A stretch of 64,000 bases of DNA from Leucoraja ocellata (GCA_036785375.1 JAWMAR010000210.1:1426001-1490000); one strand, 5' to 3'. Positions 1 to 12,761 are shown, counted from the stretch's first letter. The notes: generated by a model not told the origin, from the sequence alone. Program-made: numbers and translations.

Positions 1-305
1 TCCCGATGTTGGGGGACTCCAGATCCAGGGGCCACAGTTTAAGAATAAAGGGTAAGCCATTTAGAACGGAGACGAGGAAACAGAGTTGTGGGTCTGTGGA
101 ATTCTCTGCCTTGGAGGGTGGTGGAGGCCGGTTCTCTGGATAATTTCAAGAGAGAGCTGGATAGGGCTCTTAAAAATAGCGGAGTCAGGGGATATGGGGA
201 GAAGACAGGAACGGGGTACTGATTGGGGATGATCAGCCATGATCCCATTGAATCGCGGTGCTGGCTCAAAGGCCGAATGGCCTACTCCTGCACCTATTGT
301 CTATT
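1..305 (+). mobile_element. CR1 (HER1-like) LINE 3' fragment
   Basis: End of ORF2 (SRSRGHSLRIKGKP...LWNSLP) plus the 3' UTR GATCAGCCATGATC...GGCCGAATGGCCTACTCCTGCACC and a CTATTGT tail. Confidence 0.9.
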
Positions 306-525
306 GCAGTGCAAAACTGTTGCTTCCTGATAGGAAGCTCCATGCTGAAATGAGTGACACTCAGACACATCGGCCCATCTTTATCAAGCCGTTTTTGTCC
401 CCCCCCCACTCTTTGTAATCATCACCGCCCCTTACCTCATCTATGCTGTGTCTGCTTGGTTGTTTGCATGATATGCACTCTGCTTTTTCTGAGGATATAA
501 TTGGATTGTTTGGGCATTTCCACAG

Positions 526-609
526 GGAGAAGATTCAGTTCATCCGGAGTGAGGGGACGAGTGGACTGGGGCGACTATCCAGTGATGCAGATCTTGTTAT
601 GCTGTTAAG
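526..609 (+). CDS. HECW2: HECW2 internal coding exon (1st in window)
   Basis: cacag|G GAG AAG...TTA AG|gtaggt. Translates [27 protein letters not shown](S), matching recalled vertebrate HECW2 ([28 protein letters not shown]). Confidence 0.93.
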
Positions 610-727
610 GTAGGTTCAATTCACCAGTCTAGCTGATACTTGCAGACAGGCAAGGTGGGGCAGGGGCATCTAATCATAGTCGGGATTCTCTACATCTGGT
701 GAATCCTGCATTGCGCTCGTCCCATCA

Positions 728-1032
728 GCACGATGGCGCAGCGGTAGAGCTGCTGCCTTACAGTGCCAGAGACCCGGGTTCAATCCTGACTACAGGCGCT
801 GCCTGCATGGAGTTTGTACTTTCTTCCTGTGACTGCGTGGGATTTTCTCTGGGTGCTCCATTTTCCTCCTACAAGCCAAAGATGTACAGGTTTGTAGGTT
901 ACTAAGCTTCGGTAAAATTGTAAATTGACCCTAATGTGTGTCGGAAAGCGCGTGTGTACAGGATGATCGCTGGTTGGCGCGAACTCAGTGGGCCGGAAGG
1001 CGTGTTTCTGCACTTAAAGTCTAAAGTTTAAA
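728..1032 (+). mobile_element. tRNA-derived SINE (HE1/V-SINE type)
   Basis: Box A-like TGGCGCAGCGG, box B-like GGTTCAATCC, V-SINE-like core, GGGCCGGAAGG...CTAAA tail. Same family recurs in the window. Confidence 0.88.
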
Positions 1033-1312
1033 ATCTGTGTGGAGCTGGTTAGAATAAGTGTAGAATTACAAAGTGTTTTTGCATTTATGGGTTCTTGGTG
1101 TCCGAACAGTCTCGATGGGTCAAAAGCAGTCTTCAAGATGCGGAGAGAGAGGAAAATATAATCATAGTGAAAATAGCCTCAGGAAACTGGAGTTATATAG
1201 CATGACATGGAGGATATGTAGAGCTGCTATTTAAAGCCTTCCTGCTCAGATTGGGTGTTGCCCTCAAACGGAAAATATTAACTAAACAGGATAGTGTCAT
1301 TCCACTTGATAT

Positions 1313-1987
1313 TAGACAATAGACATTAGACAATAGGTGCAGGAGGAGGCCATTCGGCCCTTCAAGCCAGCACCGCCATTCAATGTGATCATCCCAAATC
1401 AGTACTCCTTTCCAGCCTTCTCCGCTAACTCCGCTATTTTTAAGAGCCCTATCTAGCTCTCTCTTGAAAGCATCCAGAGAACCTGCCTCCACGGCCCTCT
1501 GAGGCAGAGAATTCCACAGACTCACCACTCTGTGAGAAAAAGTGTTTCCTCGTCTCCGTTCTAAATGGCTTACTCCTTATTCTTAAACTGTGGCCCCTGG
1601 TTCTGGACTCCCCCAACATCGCGAACATGTTTCCTGCCTCCAGCGTGTCCAAACCCTTAACAATCTTATATGTTTCAATGAGATATCCTCTCATCCTTCT
1701 AAACTCCAGAGTGTACAAGCCCAGCTGCTCCATTCTCTCAGCATATGACAGTCCCGCCATCCCGGGAATTAACCTTGTAAAACCTACGCTGCACTCCCTC
1801 AATAGCAAGAATGTCCTTCCTCAAATTAGGGGACCAAAACTGCACACAATACTCCAGGTGTGGTCTCACTAGGGCTCTGTACAACTGCAGAAGGACCTCG
1901 TTGCTCCTATATTCGATTCCTCTTGTTATAAAGGCCAACATGCCATTCGCTTTCTTCACTGCCTGCTGTACCTGCATGCTTACTTTC
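1313..1987 (-). mobile_element. CR1 LINE 3' fragment
   Basis: Frameshifted minus-strand ORFs LYRALVRPHLEYCVQFWSP...LWNSLP plus 3' UTR. Confidence 0.92.
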
Positions 1988-2069
1988 TACATTATTAAAA
2001 CAATAGATCCAAATAGTTAACCATAGGGTAACATAATGTCCATACCATTAAGTTTTGATATCTGTAAAT

Positions 2070-2680
2070 TTCAGCTCTGTGTGTATCAAAGGCCAGAGCA
2101 GACTCTTTTTCCTCAGAAGGCTCAAATCCTTCAACGTGTGTAATGACATGCTGCACATGTTTTACAACACTGTGGTTGCAAGTGTTATTTTCTACGCTGT
2201 TGTCTGTTGGGGCAACAGCATTAGTGCGAAAAACAACAAGAAGCTGGTCAAACTGGTTAAACGAGCTAGCTCAGTGCTGGAGGGGAGAGTAGACTCTGGG
2301 ATGGATGTGCTTGAGAGGCGTATGAGGCACAAGGTGCAGGTCATCCTGAAAAACCCCGGGCATCCCCTCCATGTAATTCTGGAGAGTCAAAAGAGCACTC
2401 GGAACAACAACCGGCTCCTCTCCCTGCCCTGTAGAACGGAGCGGTTCAGGAGATCCTTCACCCCTGCAGCTTTAGATTTTATAATTCGGACCGCTAGGCT
2501 GTAGGGGGATGCATTCTTGCAATTTTGAATTGTTAATTATTGGTCTTTTTAAGTATTTATTGCTCTCAGGTAGTGTCCACAGTGTATTCTATGTATTTTC
2601 TGTCTGCGTTCTTTTGAATCTGTGGGTTTGTTGGTTGGGGGCTTCTGGACATCTGAATTTCCCTGAGGGGATCAATAAAG

Positions 2681-2736
<56 letters not shown>

Positions 2737-2737
2737 T
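2070..2737 (+). mobile_element. Rex1/Babar-type LINE 3' fragment with (TAT)n tail
   Basis: ORF KGQSRLFFLRRL...YAVVCWG...HPLH...CRTERFRRSF, then AATAAAG and a (TAT)n microsatellite at ~2685-2737. Confidence 0.85.
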
Positions 2738-3006
2738 GTATTGGTGAATAGTTATTTTCATAAATTCAGATTATTTATTCTGTAACTGTTCTTTTAAAAT
2801 CTCCCTGTCGTTTTGAGTAATTAATCTCCTATTTGATACATACTCGTCTCCTGCTCCCACCTTATTCTCTGGATGCCTCATTATCCACATTAACCACCAA
2901 TGACTTTGACAGACAAAGTTTTTACAGGACATCATAAGGTTGTTGCAAGGATGATAATTCCACAGATGAAGTGTCTGGAACTAGGCATCACAGTCTCAGA
3001 ATAAAG

Positions 3007-3230
3007 CAAGGGTTCCCAACCTGGGGTAAATATACCCCCAGGGGATATATTTCTCCTACCCAGGGGGTAAATTTGTTGATTCTAGATTTGTACATTTTTT
3101 TTTCATTGACTGACTGTGTTTGGTTCTGGTATACCGGTTCATCATTAGTTCATAAATAAGTGAAATAACATTGTTATGTGCTATTAAAGTTGCCAGGGGT
3201 AAACGGGACGAAAAAGTTTGGGAATCCTTG
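3007..3230. mobile_element. hAT (Charlie-type) MITE
   Basis: TIRs CAAGGGTTCCCAA / TTGGGAATCCTTG. Perfect 8-bp TSD GAATAAAG (2999-3006, 3231-3238). Inserted in an old CR1 fragment. Confidence 0.9.
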
Positions 3231-3308
3231 GAATAAAGGGTTCACTATGCAAGACAAATCTGAGAAGAAATGTCTTCACCAAGAACCTTGTCGACATTTA
3301 GCATTCTC

Positions 3309-3611
3309 AGTTTAGTTTAGAGATACAGCATGGAAACGGGCCCATTGTCCCACCATGCCAACCATCGATCACCCGTTCACACCAGGTCTCTGTTTTCCCA
3401 CTTTGCTTTCCACTCCCTACACACCAGGGGGCAATTTACAGAGGCCAATTAACCTACAAAGCCGCATGTCTTTGGGATGCGGGAGGAAACCGGAGCAGCT
3501 GGAGGAAACCCACCCTGTCACAGGGAGAACGTGCAAACTCCACACATAAAGCAGTCAAGGTCAGAATTGGTCATAGTGGTGTGAGACAGCAGCTCTACCA
3601 CTGTGCCACCC
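3309..3611 (-). mobile_element. HE1/V-SINE
   Basis: Reverse complement of the SINE at 728-1032, with the tail seen as AGTTTAGTTTAGAGATACAGC. Confidence 0.88.
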
Positions 3612-3614
3612 TAA

Positions 3615-3820
3615 TGCCCCTGTCCCACTTAGGAAACCTGAACGGAAACCTCTGGAGACTTTGCGCCCCACCCAAGGTTTCCGTGCGGTTCCCGGAGGTT
3701 GCAGGTGGTGGAAGCAGGTAGGGAGGCTGACAAAAACCTCCGGGAACCGCACGGAAACCTTGGGTGGGGCGCAAAGTCTCCAGAGGTTTCTGTTCAGGTT
3801 TCCTAAGTGGGACAGGGGCA
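3615..3820. mobile_element. Palindromic MITE (PIF/Harbinger-like termini)
   Basis: ~85-bp near-perfect inverted arms, TGCCCCTGTCCCACTTAGG... / ...CCTAAGTGGGACAGGGGCA. Confidence 0.85.
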
Positions 3821-4507
3821 AATAATTCTCTTCCTTTGTAGGCTGTAGAGCATCAGTTATTGAGTATATTCAAGACCGAGATTGATATATTTTCAGATAT
3901 TAATAAGATCAGTTACTGCCCTCTATCAAATATTCAGGAGATAAAATTATATTACTTATGAAATTATTTTGTCATATTTACATTAATTACATTTTATTGG
4001 AAATAGCCTAACATGAGCAGTTTTTTTGTGTGTGTTTAATCAGTTTCCTTCAGTTACTGAGGTAACTATTGATTAGTGCAATGAGCATAAAATGATGCTG
4101 CGACAGTGTTTTCCAGCTGGATGGTCATAAAGATGTATAATTCCCACCAACTGCTTTTGTTTCTTGGACCTCTCAGTTAAACCTCTTATCAAAAAGTTAG
4201 CAAAACATCAGCTATCATCTACGAAAATAATTTTAAAAACGTGGTCATGTTTCCTTGACCAAGTGTTGACTTGGCGGCGGCTCCGTGTCTGTAACGATGT
4301 CCCCACCGATCACACTCCGGCCTCCTGACCCGCCTGTCATTGGGACAATGCCAGTGATCATGGGGCAGAAGCTGGGTCTCTGGAGCCCGGAGACTGCGGA
4401 GAGGAGTGGAGTTCAGCACAAAACAGGCCCTTCGGCCCACCTTGTCCATGCTGCGTTTGGCCCATATCCTATCCATGTACCTGTCCCGATGTCTGTTAAA
4501 TGTTCAG

Positions 4508-4730
4508 CCAGAGAGTTGTGAATCTGTGGAATTCTCTGCCACAGGAGGCAGTGGAGGCCGATTCACTGGATGTTTTCAAGAGAGGGTTAGATTTAGCTCT
4601 TGGGGCTAACGGAATTAAGGTATATGGGGGGGAAAGCAGGAATGGGGTACTGATTCTGGATGATCAGCCGTGAATGGCAGTGCTGACAGGAAGGGCCGAA
4701 TGGCCTACTCCACCTATTTTCTATGTTTCC
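4508..4730 (+). mobile_element. CR1 3' tail fragment
   Basis: GTGAATCTGTGGAATTCTCTGCC...GGCCGAATGGCCTACTCC...CTATGTTTC. Confidence 0.85.
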
Positions 4731-4769
4731 GATGTAAATTGTACCATCATTATAAGGATATAATGATGC

Positions 4770-4931
4770 ACTCCATGGGCTGCACTACATCGGGACGGGT
4801 GAGGCGGGGCCGGACGCTGCGCTCCGACCCGACAGTCCCTCGACCCGAGTAGTAGCAGTCAAATGCGGGACAAACCAATTTAACCCAATAGACACGATGT
4901 CCCAGCTAATATGGGACAGTTGGTAACCCTA
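4770..4931. mobile_element. hAT (Blackjack-like) terminal fragment
   Basis: Ends GGGACAGTTGGTAACCCTA (reverse complement TAGGGTTACCAACTGTCCC) with repeated GGGAC motifs. The other end was not found. Confidence 0.5.
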
Positions 4932-4982
4932 CCCGTGACAGTACAGTAAATCCATGATAAGGAATGTCGGATTTTATTTTAA

Positions 4983-5134
4983 AGGGCGGCACAGTGGCAC
5001 AGCGATAGAACTGCTGCCTCACAGCATCGGAGACCTGGGTTTGATCCTGACCACGGCTGCTGTCGGCCTGGGATTTGCAAGTTCACCGACCGGGTGCTCC
5101 AGTTTTTTACTGCATTCCAAAGATGTGCGAGTTT
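4983..5134 (+). mobile_element. HE1/V-SINE 5' half (split by CR1; 3' half at ~8505-8635)
   Basis: The tRNA head ends at ...CCAAAGATGTGCGAGTTT. The SINE resumes at ~8505 with GAGTTTGTAGG...GGGCCGAAGGGCCTGTTTCC...CTAAACTAAA. Confidence 0.8.
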
Positions 5135-8100
5135 ATAGAAACATAGAAAATAGGTGCAGGAGTAGGCCATTCGGCCCTTCGAGCCTGCACCGCCATTCAA
5201 TATGATCATGGCTGATCATCCAACTCAGTATCCTGTACCCCCTGATCCCTTTAGCCACAAGGGCCACATCTAACGGGATCTTAAATATAGCCAATGAACT
5301 GGCCTCAACTACCTTCTGTGGCGGAGAATTCCACAGAGTCAACACTCTCTGTGTGAAAAACGTTTTTCTCATCTCGGTCCTAAAAGACTTCCCCCTTATC
5401 CTTAAACTGTGACCCCTTGTTCTGGACTTCCCCAACATTGGGACCAATCTTCCTGCATCTAGCCTGTCCAACCCCTTAATAATTGTGTAAGTTTCTATAA
5501 GATCCCCCCTCAATCTTCTAGATTCTAGCGAGTACAAGCCGAGTCTATCCAGTCTTTCTTCATATGAAAGTCCTGCCATCCCAGGAATCAGTCTGGTGAA
5601 CCTTCTCTGCACTCCCTCTATGGCAAGAATGTCTTTCCTCAGATTAGGAGACGAAAACTGTACGCAATACTTCAGGTGTGATCTCACCAAGACCCTGTGC
5701 AACTGCAGTAGAACCTCTCTGCTCCTTTACTCAAATCCTCTTGCTATGAATGCCAACATACCATTCGCTTTCTTCACTGCCTGCTGCACCTGCATGCCCA
5801 CTTTCAATGACTGGTGGCGGCAGGCGCAGGCACACCGCGACGCCCTGTGTCTCCCTTTCAAGGGAGATGCTAAAAATGCATTTCGTTGTCTCTGTACTGT
5901 ACACTGACAATGACAATAAATTGAATCATTTCATCATTTTTTTTTTGGTGTACCATGACACCCAGGTCTCATTGCATCTCCCCTTTTCCTAATCTGCCAC
6001 CATTCAGATAATAGTCTACTTTCCTGTTTTTGCCACCAAAGTGGATAACCTCACATTTATCCACATTATACTGCATCTGTCACCTTGCAGCCTCCTAGCA
6101 TCCTCCTCACAGCTAACACTGCCCCCCAGCTTCGTGTCATCCGCAAACTTGGAGATGTTGCATTCAATTCCCTCGTCCAGATCATTAATATATATTGTAA
6201 ATAGCTGGGGTCCCAGCACTGAGCCTTGCGGTATCCCACTAGTCACTGCCTGCCATTGTGAAAAGGACCCGTTTACTCCTACTCTTTGCTTCCTGTCTGC
6301 CAGCCAGTTCTCTATCCACATCAATACTGAACCCCCAATACCGTGTGCTTTAGGTTTGCATACTAATCTCTTATGTGGGACCTTGTTGAAAGCCTTCTGA
6401 AAGTCCAGATATAGCACATCCACTGGTTCTCCCTTATCCACTCTACTAGTTACATCCTCGAAAAATTCTATAAGATTCGTCAGACATGATTTACCTTTCA
6501 TAAATCAATGCTGACTTTGTCCAATGATTTCACCACTTTCCAAATGTGCTGCTATGCCATCTTTAATAACTGACTCTAGCATTTTCCCCACTACCAATGT
6601 TAGACTAACTGGTCTGTAATTCCCCATTTTCTCTCTCTTTAAAAAGTGGGGTTACGTTTGCTACCCTCCAATCCTCAGGAACTACTCCAGAATCTAAAGA
6701 GTTTTGAAAAATTATCACTAATGCATCCACTAATTCTGGGGCTACTTCCTTAAGTACTCTGGGATGCAGCCTATCTGGCCCTGGGAATTTATCGGCTTTT
6801 AATCCATTCAATTTACCTAACACCACTTCCCAGCTAACTTGGATTTCACTCAGTTCCTCCATCTCATTTGACCCCCGGTCCCCTGCTATTTCCGGAAGAT
6901 TATTTATGTCTTCCTTAGTGAAGACAGAACCAAAGTAGTTATTCAATTGGTCTGCCATGTCCTTGTTCCCCATGATCAATTCGCCTGTTTCTGACTGCAA
7001 GGGACCTACATTTGTTTTAACTAATCTTTTTCTCTTCACATATCTATAAAAACTTTTACAGTCAGTTTTTATGTTCCCTGCCAGTTTTCTTTCATAATCT
7101 ATTTTCCCTTTCCTAATTAAGCCCTTTGTCCTCCTCTGCTGGACTGAATTTCTCCCAGTCCTCTGGTAGGCTGCTTTTTCTGGCTAATTTGTACGCTTCA
7201 TCTTTTGTTTTGATACTATCCCTGATTTCCCTTGTTATCCACGGATGCACTACCTTCCCTGATTTATTCTTTTGCCAAACTGGGATGAACAATTGTCGTA
7301 GTTCATCCATGCAGTCTTTAAATGCCTTCCATTGCATATCCACCGTCAACCCTTTAAGAATTAATTGCCAGCCTATCTTGGCCAATTCACGTCTCGTACC
7401 CTCAAAGTTACCTTTCTTTAAGTTCTTTAAGTTCAGAACCCTTGTTTCTGAATTAACAATGTCACTCTCCATCCTAATGAAGAACTCAACCATATTATGG
7501 TCACTCTTACCCAAGGGGCCACGCACAACAAGACTGCTAACTAACCCTTCCTCATTACTCAATACCCAGTCTAGAATAGCCTGTTCTCTCGTTGGTTCCT
7601 CTACATGTTGGTTTAGAAAACTATCCCGCATACATTCCAAGAAATCCTCTTCCTCAGCACCCCAGCCAATTTGATTCACCCAATCTATATGTAGATTGAA
7701 GTCACCCATTATAACTGTTTTACCTTTGTTGCACGCATTTCTAATTTCCTGTTTGATGCCATCCCCAACTCCACTACTACTATTAGGTGGCCTGTACACA
7801 ACTCCCACTAACGTTTTCTTCCCCTTAGTGTTTCGCAGCTCTACCCATATCGATTCCACATCCTCCAAGCTAATGTCCTTCCTTTCTATTGCGTTAATCT
7901 CCTCTCTAACCAGCAACGCTACCCCACCTTTATTTATCCTCCACCTTGCTCCATTCCTACTCTCACTGTCACGTGGCACAGGCAGTAATCCTGAGATTAT
8001 TACCTTTGCGGTCCTTCTCCTTAACTCTCCTCTTAACCCCCTAAATTCTCTTTTCAGGACCTCTTCTCTTTTTCTACCTATGTCATTGGTACCTATATGT

Positions 8101-8504
8101 ACCACGACCTCAGGCTCCTCTCCCTCCCATTTCAGGATATCTTGGACACGTTCAGACACATCCCAGACCCTGGCACCAGGGAGTCAACTACCATCCGGGT
8201 CACCTGACTGCATCCGCAGAATTGCCTATCTGACCCCCTAACTATAGAGTCCCCTATTACTATTGCCCTCCTCTTCTTTTCCCTACCCTTCTGAGCACCA
8301 GAGGGCTATCAGACTCCATGACCTCCCACTTCTGACATCCAGAACAGAAAACTGCCCTGGATACAATACAAAGTGCTTCCTCAGGCCCACTTGTTTTGAA
8401 ATGTGACTAGAATGTGAATGGAACGTTACAGATTTGGGAACAACGGCTCCTGGGCCTCTGTGAATCGAAGCCCCGCGCTCAGTTTTTGTACAGAGTTTGT
8501 ACAG
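5135..8504 (-). mobile_element. Near-full-length, internally deleted CR1 LINE (ORF1 Zn-finger/esterase remnants, APE, RT, 3' UTR)
   Basis: ORF1 N-terminal AVFCSGCQKWEV (~8300-8360); esterase VVVHIGTND; APE VYRPP, GDFN, SDH; [25 protein letters not shown]; C-terminal LEYCVQF-like motif. Frameshifted. Confidence 0.95.
5817..5945 (+). mobile_element. Short Rex/Babar-type 3' end inserted in CR1
   Basis: Matches the 3' UTR of the element at 34730-35403 (AAGGGAGATGCTAAA...CTGACAATGACAAT). Flanked by duplicated TGGTG (5812-5816, 5946-5950). Confidence 0.75.
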
Positions 8505-8918
8505 AGTTTGTAGGTCAATTGTTTTCTGTAAATAGTGGGATAACATGGAACTAGTGTATTGATGGTAGATGATTAGCATAAACTCAGTGGGCCGAAGGGC
8601 CTGTTTCCATGCCGCATCACCTAAACTAAAACTTAAAAACTAACCAAGTTTGAAACAATCTACCAATAAAACAATCACTTATTTTCCCTACTTCTTATCT
8701 CACTTGAACTATGTTGGTTGGATCAAAGGTATTTATGATGTGAAATAAAATCAACAATTGTGGAAAAACTCAAGGTCTGTTGAATCAGTTGAATTTGAAA
8801 AAAAAAATTGTGTCATTTTAGACCGTAAAATATTATGATACGATTGGGGAAAAAAAATGAAATGGAAATGTACATTAAAAAAAATAATAATGTATGCTTC
8901 GTCATCTCTCCTATTTAG

Positions 8919-9028
8919 CTTGTTTGAAGATGAGATTATGTCTTATGTGCCACCTCATGCCTTACTTCACCCCAGTTTTTGCCAATCTCCACGTGCTTCC
9001 CCTGTGTCATCACCTCAGAATTCCCCAG
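8919..9028 (+). CDS. HECW2: HECW2 coding exon 2 in window
   Basis: tttag|C TTG TTT...CCA G|gtaagg. Translates [36 protein letters not shown]; phase matches both neighbours. Confidence 0.95.
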
Positions 9029-9144
9029 GTAAGGAAAAGATAACCTGAAAACAGTAATGAACTCCGGTGGAAAATGTAATTAAGAACAATCCTCTATTCA
9101 GCGTGTTGTAATGATGTAATTCCTGTCGAGCGATTTGTCAGTTG

Positions 9145-9273
9145 TGCGTGAAGGAACTGCTGATGCTGGTGTACACCGAAGATAGACGCAAAAAGCTGGA
9201 GTAACTCAGCGGGACTGGCAGCATCTCTGGAGAGAAGGAATGGATGACGTTTCGGGTCGAGACCCTTCTTCAG
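9145..9273 (-). mobile_element. Penelope-like element terminal repeat fragment with intact minimal hammerhead core
   Basis: Reverse complement of 9246-9273 is CTGAAGA-A-GGGT-CTCG-ACCC-GAAA-CGTC. Same family as the GIY-YIG-bearing copies at ~15 kb and ~62 kb. Confidence 0.8.
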
Positions 9274-10017
9274 GCTTGCTGATTAGCGGCATGTTGGAGT
9301 GCGAAGCTAATCTCGATTGAGAAAATTTTCAAAAAAGAAGTTGGAAAAAATCGAAGTGGGAAGTAACTAAATAAAAGGAGGTGTAAAAAATCTGGAAAGA
9401 AATTTTAGAAAGCCAGGACTAAGTTACAGTTAAGAATTAACTAATAAAGAATCTTAATTGCCTGGAGATTTACCTTATATATGACGGGGACATTATAACT
9501 GATTTGTGTAGAAGAAATTTTAATTCAAAGGAGTTGGGAAAATAATAGTTTTACATTCTACTTGAGGAAGGATTAAAGGATTTTCTGAAATGTGACAGCT
9601 GTCCAATTTCTGATATTTTTATGAAATAATTCATATAATGAGTGCATAAGACTTCCCATGCTGGCTGCAAGGATTTACTTTCTTATTAATCTTTGGCCAG
9701 TTGTGGTTTCTCTAACAGTAAAAATGGGCAAACTCACTTCATAAAGTATTGTACAATTTATAGTATAGTTATTTATATATAGTATACTTATTTGTATATA
9801 GTACACTTGTCACTGACAGTATGCTTTATAGTATACGTATTTATCTATTGTACACTTTATAGTTACTTTATTGTATACTTTAAATGCCAACAAATAGCCT
9901 TTATTAGGAGAGATTGATTTTTATTAGCCATCTTATGTTTTGAGTGAAGTATTCAATACTCTTATCGGGAAGCACAGGGTCAGTTGTGCTCGATGCGATT
10001 TATTTAATTTGTGTAAA

Positions 10018-10243
10018 TGGCCTGTCCCACTTTCACAACCTAATCCACGACCTTTTTTACTCGTGGACATTTTTCATCAGGCTATAAAAAACGCCCCGAC
10101 CTACTTGATGCCACGAGTACCTACGACTAGCATCACGGCCTGCTACGACCTACCTACGACCTTGTGACGACCATACTGCGAGTGTGAGTCAAGGGCAAAC
10201 TCGGCAGAGGTCGTGATTTAGGTCTTGAAAGTGGGACAGACCC
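10018..10243. mobile_element. Harbinger-like MITE (family shared with 42216-42443)
   Basis: TIRs GGCCTGTCCCACTTTCA / TGAAAGTGGGACAGACC, with internal CTACGACC repeats. Confidence 0.85.
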
Positions 10244-11089
10244 GTAACGCATTCTGCAAAACTGTTGCTCTTCCCATTACATTTTGTTTGGATTTGTCAG
10301 CATTCAATGGGTCACTTTTAATTCACATGAACAAAACCATAAAGCAATCAAGTAATTGGGACTGTTTGTTCGTCAACAGTCTTAAACATTATCTCTGCTT
10401 TTCTCTCTATAGTTGCAATTTCTCTCTACTGCCGAGTATGTTTAGCATCGTCTCTATTCTTATTTCAAATTCCTTCCATTCACAATATTGTGCAAGGTTG
10501 TAACCTTTAATATTTTCATTTTTTCCCTTTCAGATGCTGTAAGAATTACTTACATTTCCAGCATTTGCTGATTTTTATTTTTCCTGAATTGCCTCATCTC
10601 TTATTAGTTCTGTAAAATAATAGAATATAACGATAGGAAGAACTGACACTATTTCACCTCGTCCTTGCAGCACAAGGCACTGGCTATTCCTTTCATCACT
10701 TTGACAGCTAAAGGCATCATGGCATTTAAACACAATTGATTTGGTGCAGTCTGTAAAAAAAAGTATGTGAGAAAATTAACCATTTAATCCCATTACTGCT
10801 TTTCCCCTTTCAAGCTCACTTTCATACTTTCAGATTGGCTGTGAGTGGAGTCATCCCTAACATCTGCAGCAGCAGAGTGGACGACAAAGCACAAGAAAAT
10901 TGGTAAACAACTAGTCACCGAGCCCCACAAGCTGCCCTGCCATTCAACATGCGCATGGCTGATCTGTGCTGGTCTCAACTTTCTTCAGTGCCACTTCTCC
11001 ATAACCGTCAATTACTTTTGATCTTTCAAAAATTTATCAATCTTCATCTTAAATATATCTAATGATCTGACGACTTCCACCCCGCTTGG

Positions 11090-11387
11090 GAGGCACGGTG
11101 GCGTAGTGGTAGAGTTGCTACCTCACAGTGCAAGAGACCCGGGTTTGATCCTGACTACATGCGCTGTCTGTATGAAGTTTGTACGTTCTCCCCTGTGACC
11201 ATGTGGGTTTTCTCCGGGTGCTCTGGTTTCCCCCCACACTCCAAGTATGTAGGTTAATTGGCTTTGGTAAAATTGTAATATTATCCCTAGTGTGCAGGAT
11301 AGTGTTATAGTGTATGGGTGATTACTGATATCACATACTCAGATGCCTGAACGGCCCGTTTCCGTACTGTATCTCTAAAGTCTAAAG
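11090..11387 (+). mobile_element. HE1/V-SINE
   Basis: GGCACGGTGGCGTAGTGGTAGAG...GACCCGGGTTTGATCC...CTGTATCTCTAAAGTCTAAAG. Confidence 0.88.
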
Positions 11388-11791
11388 AGAATTCCTAAGA
11401 TTCACTGTCCACTGAGTGAAGAAATCTCTATGCGCCTCAGTTTTAAAGGACCGGCCCCTTCTGACCAGTCTGTTGCTTCCTCATTACTTGATGGTGTGAT
11501 CTTCTTCAGCCTCATTGAACTTGCCAAAAATAAAACAGAAAATGTCTGATGTTATTCAGCATCTTAAAGAGAAGCATATGTTAATTTCTGAGATCAGACC
11601 CTTTATCAGCACAACATTGGAAGTGATTTATAAAGTGTAATGGGATGTGCAATAGCAATATCAGCTGTTAAACTTGCAAATGATGATAAGTTTCACTTAT
11701 ATGATAATGACAATGATAAGTTTCACTTGTTTTGGAATGCAGGCATGGGGATGATGAGGATCTTGAGTTTCAAACACTTTTTTTCTTACAG

Positions 11792-11912
11792 GCACCCAGA
11801 GAGCCAACGCCAGGGCTCCAGCTCCTTACAAGAGGGACTTTGAAGCTAAGCTCAGAAACTTCTACAGAAAGCTTGAAACAAAAGGCTACGGACAAGGCCC
11901 AGGAAAGTTAAA
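11792..11912 (+). CDS. HECW2: HECW2 coding exon 3 in window
   Basis: ttacag|GC ACC...TTA AA|gtgagt. Translates [40 protein letters not shown]. Confidence 0.96.
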
Positions 11913-12457
11913 GTGAGTCAGTTGCAGGGAAAATTGAGAAAACAGTGCACTGAGCTGTGAATGTTGAAGTGTGAAGACAAATGGAGTGGTTGTCTTCAAC
12001 TATGAAGCTGATGTGCTGTTTTTGACCAGTAGCTTGGGCCGAGTGAAAATTATTCTGATGTTTTACCACTACAGAAAACCGAAGTTTCATAAAATCTTCG
12101 TCAATAGTGACATTAATAAGAAACCACATTCTTAGCTTTAATTTGAAGAACATGTTATTGTGTTCGACCCATCCTCATCCATTGGATGTACACTCCATTG
12201 TATCATCCAGAGATATGGCTTTATATTAGAGCTCTTGAAAACCCAGCTGGTACGATGTTGGGTAATTTGACCCAATGTTATCACCACAACCAGAAAAAAT
12301 CCAGCAAATGTTGTATTAGTCGGGAATCCAGGAAATTGACTTGGGTGACCTGCACACTCTCATTTGAAGGTTTTGGTAAAACTGAGATTTGCATGGTTTG
12401 TACTAATATTGCATATTTTCAAATATAAATGTGCATTTTGATCATTTTTTACAATAA

Positions 12458-12574
<117 letters not shown>

Positions 12575-12682
12575 TGAGTATGTAGACAACTTAGCGTAAC
12601 ATTATTGGAATCATCTTTAAAATTGTATGCGGCCAGGATTTATATCATAGATAAACTGGCAAATGACAGTGGTTGGACCAAG

Positions 12683-12724
12683 GTAGTGTGAAGCAGTAGT
12701 GTGAAGCAGTAGTGTGAAGCAGTA
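12683..12724. repeat. 13-bp tandem repeat (GTAGTGTGAAGCA)x3
   Basis: Three exact copies visible. Confidence 0.9.
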
Positions 12725-12761
12725 TCTACAAGGAGAAATCCTTGGAGAGATTTACAAGGAT

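Noticed and set aside
728-810. tRNA genes at SINE heads
   Set aside because: The A/B boxes run on into the V-SINE core and a LINE-like tail, and there is no intact cloverleaf.
9760-9880. TATAGTATA-like degenerate repeats
   Set aside because: AT-rich low-complexity sequence with no consistent period or termini.
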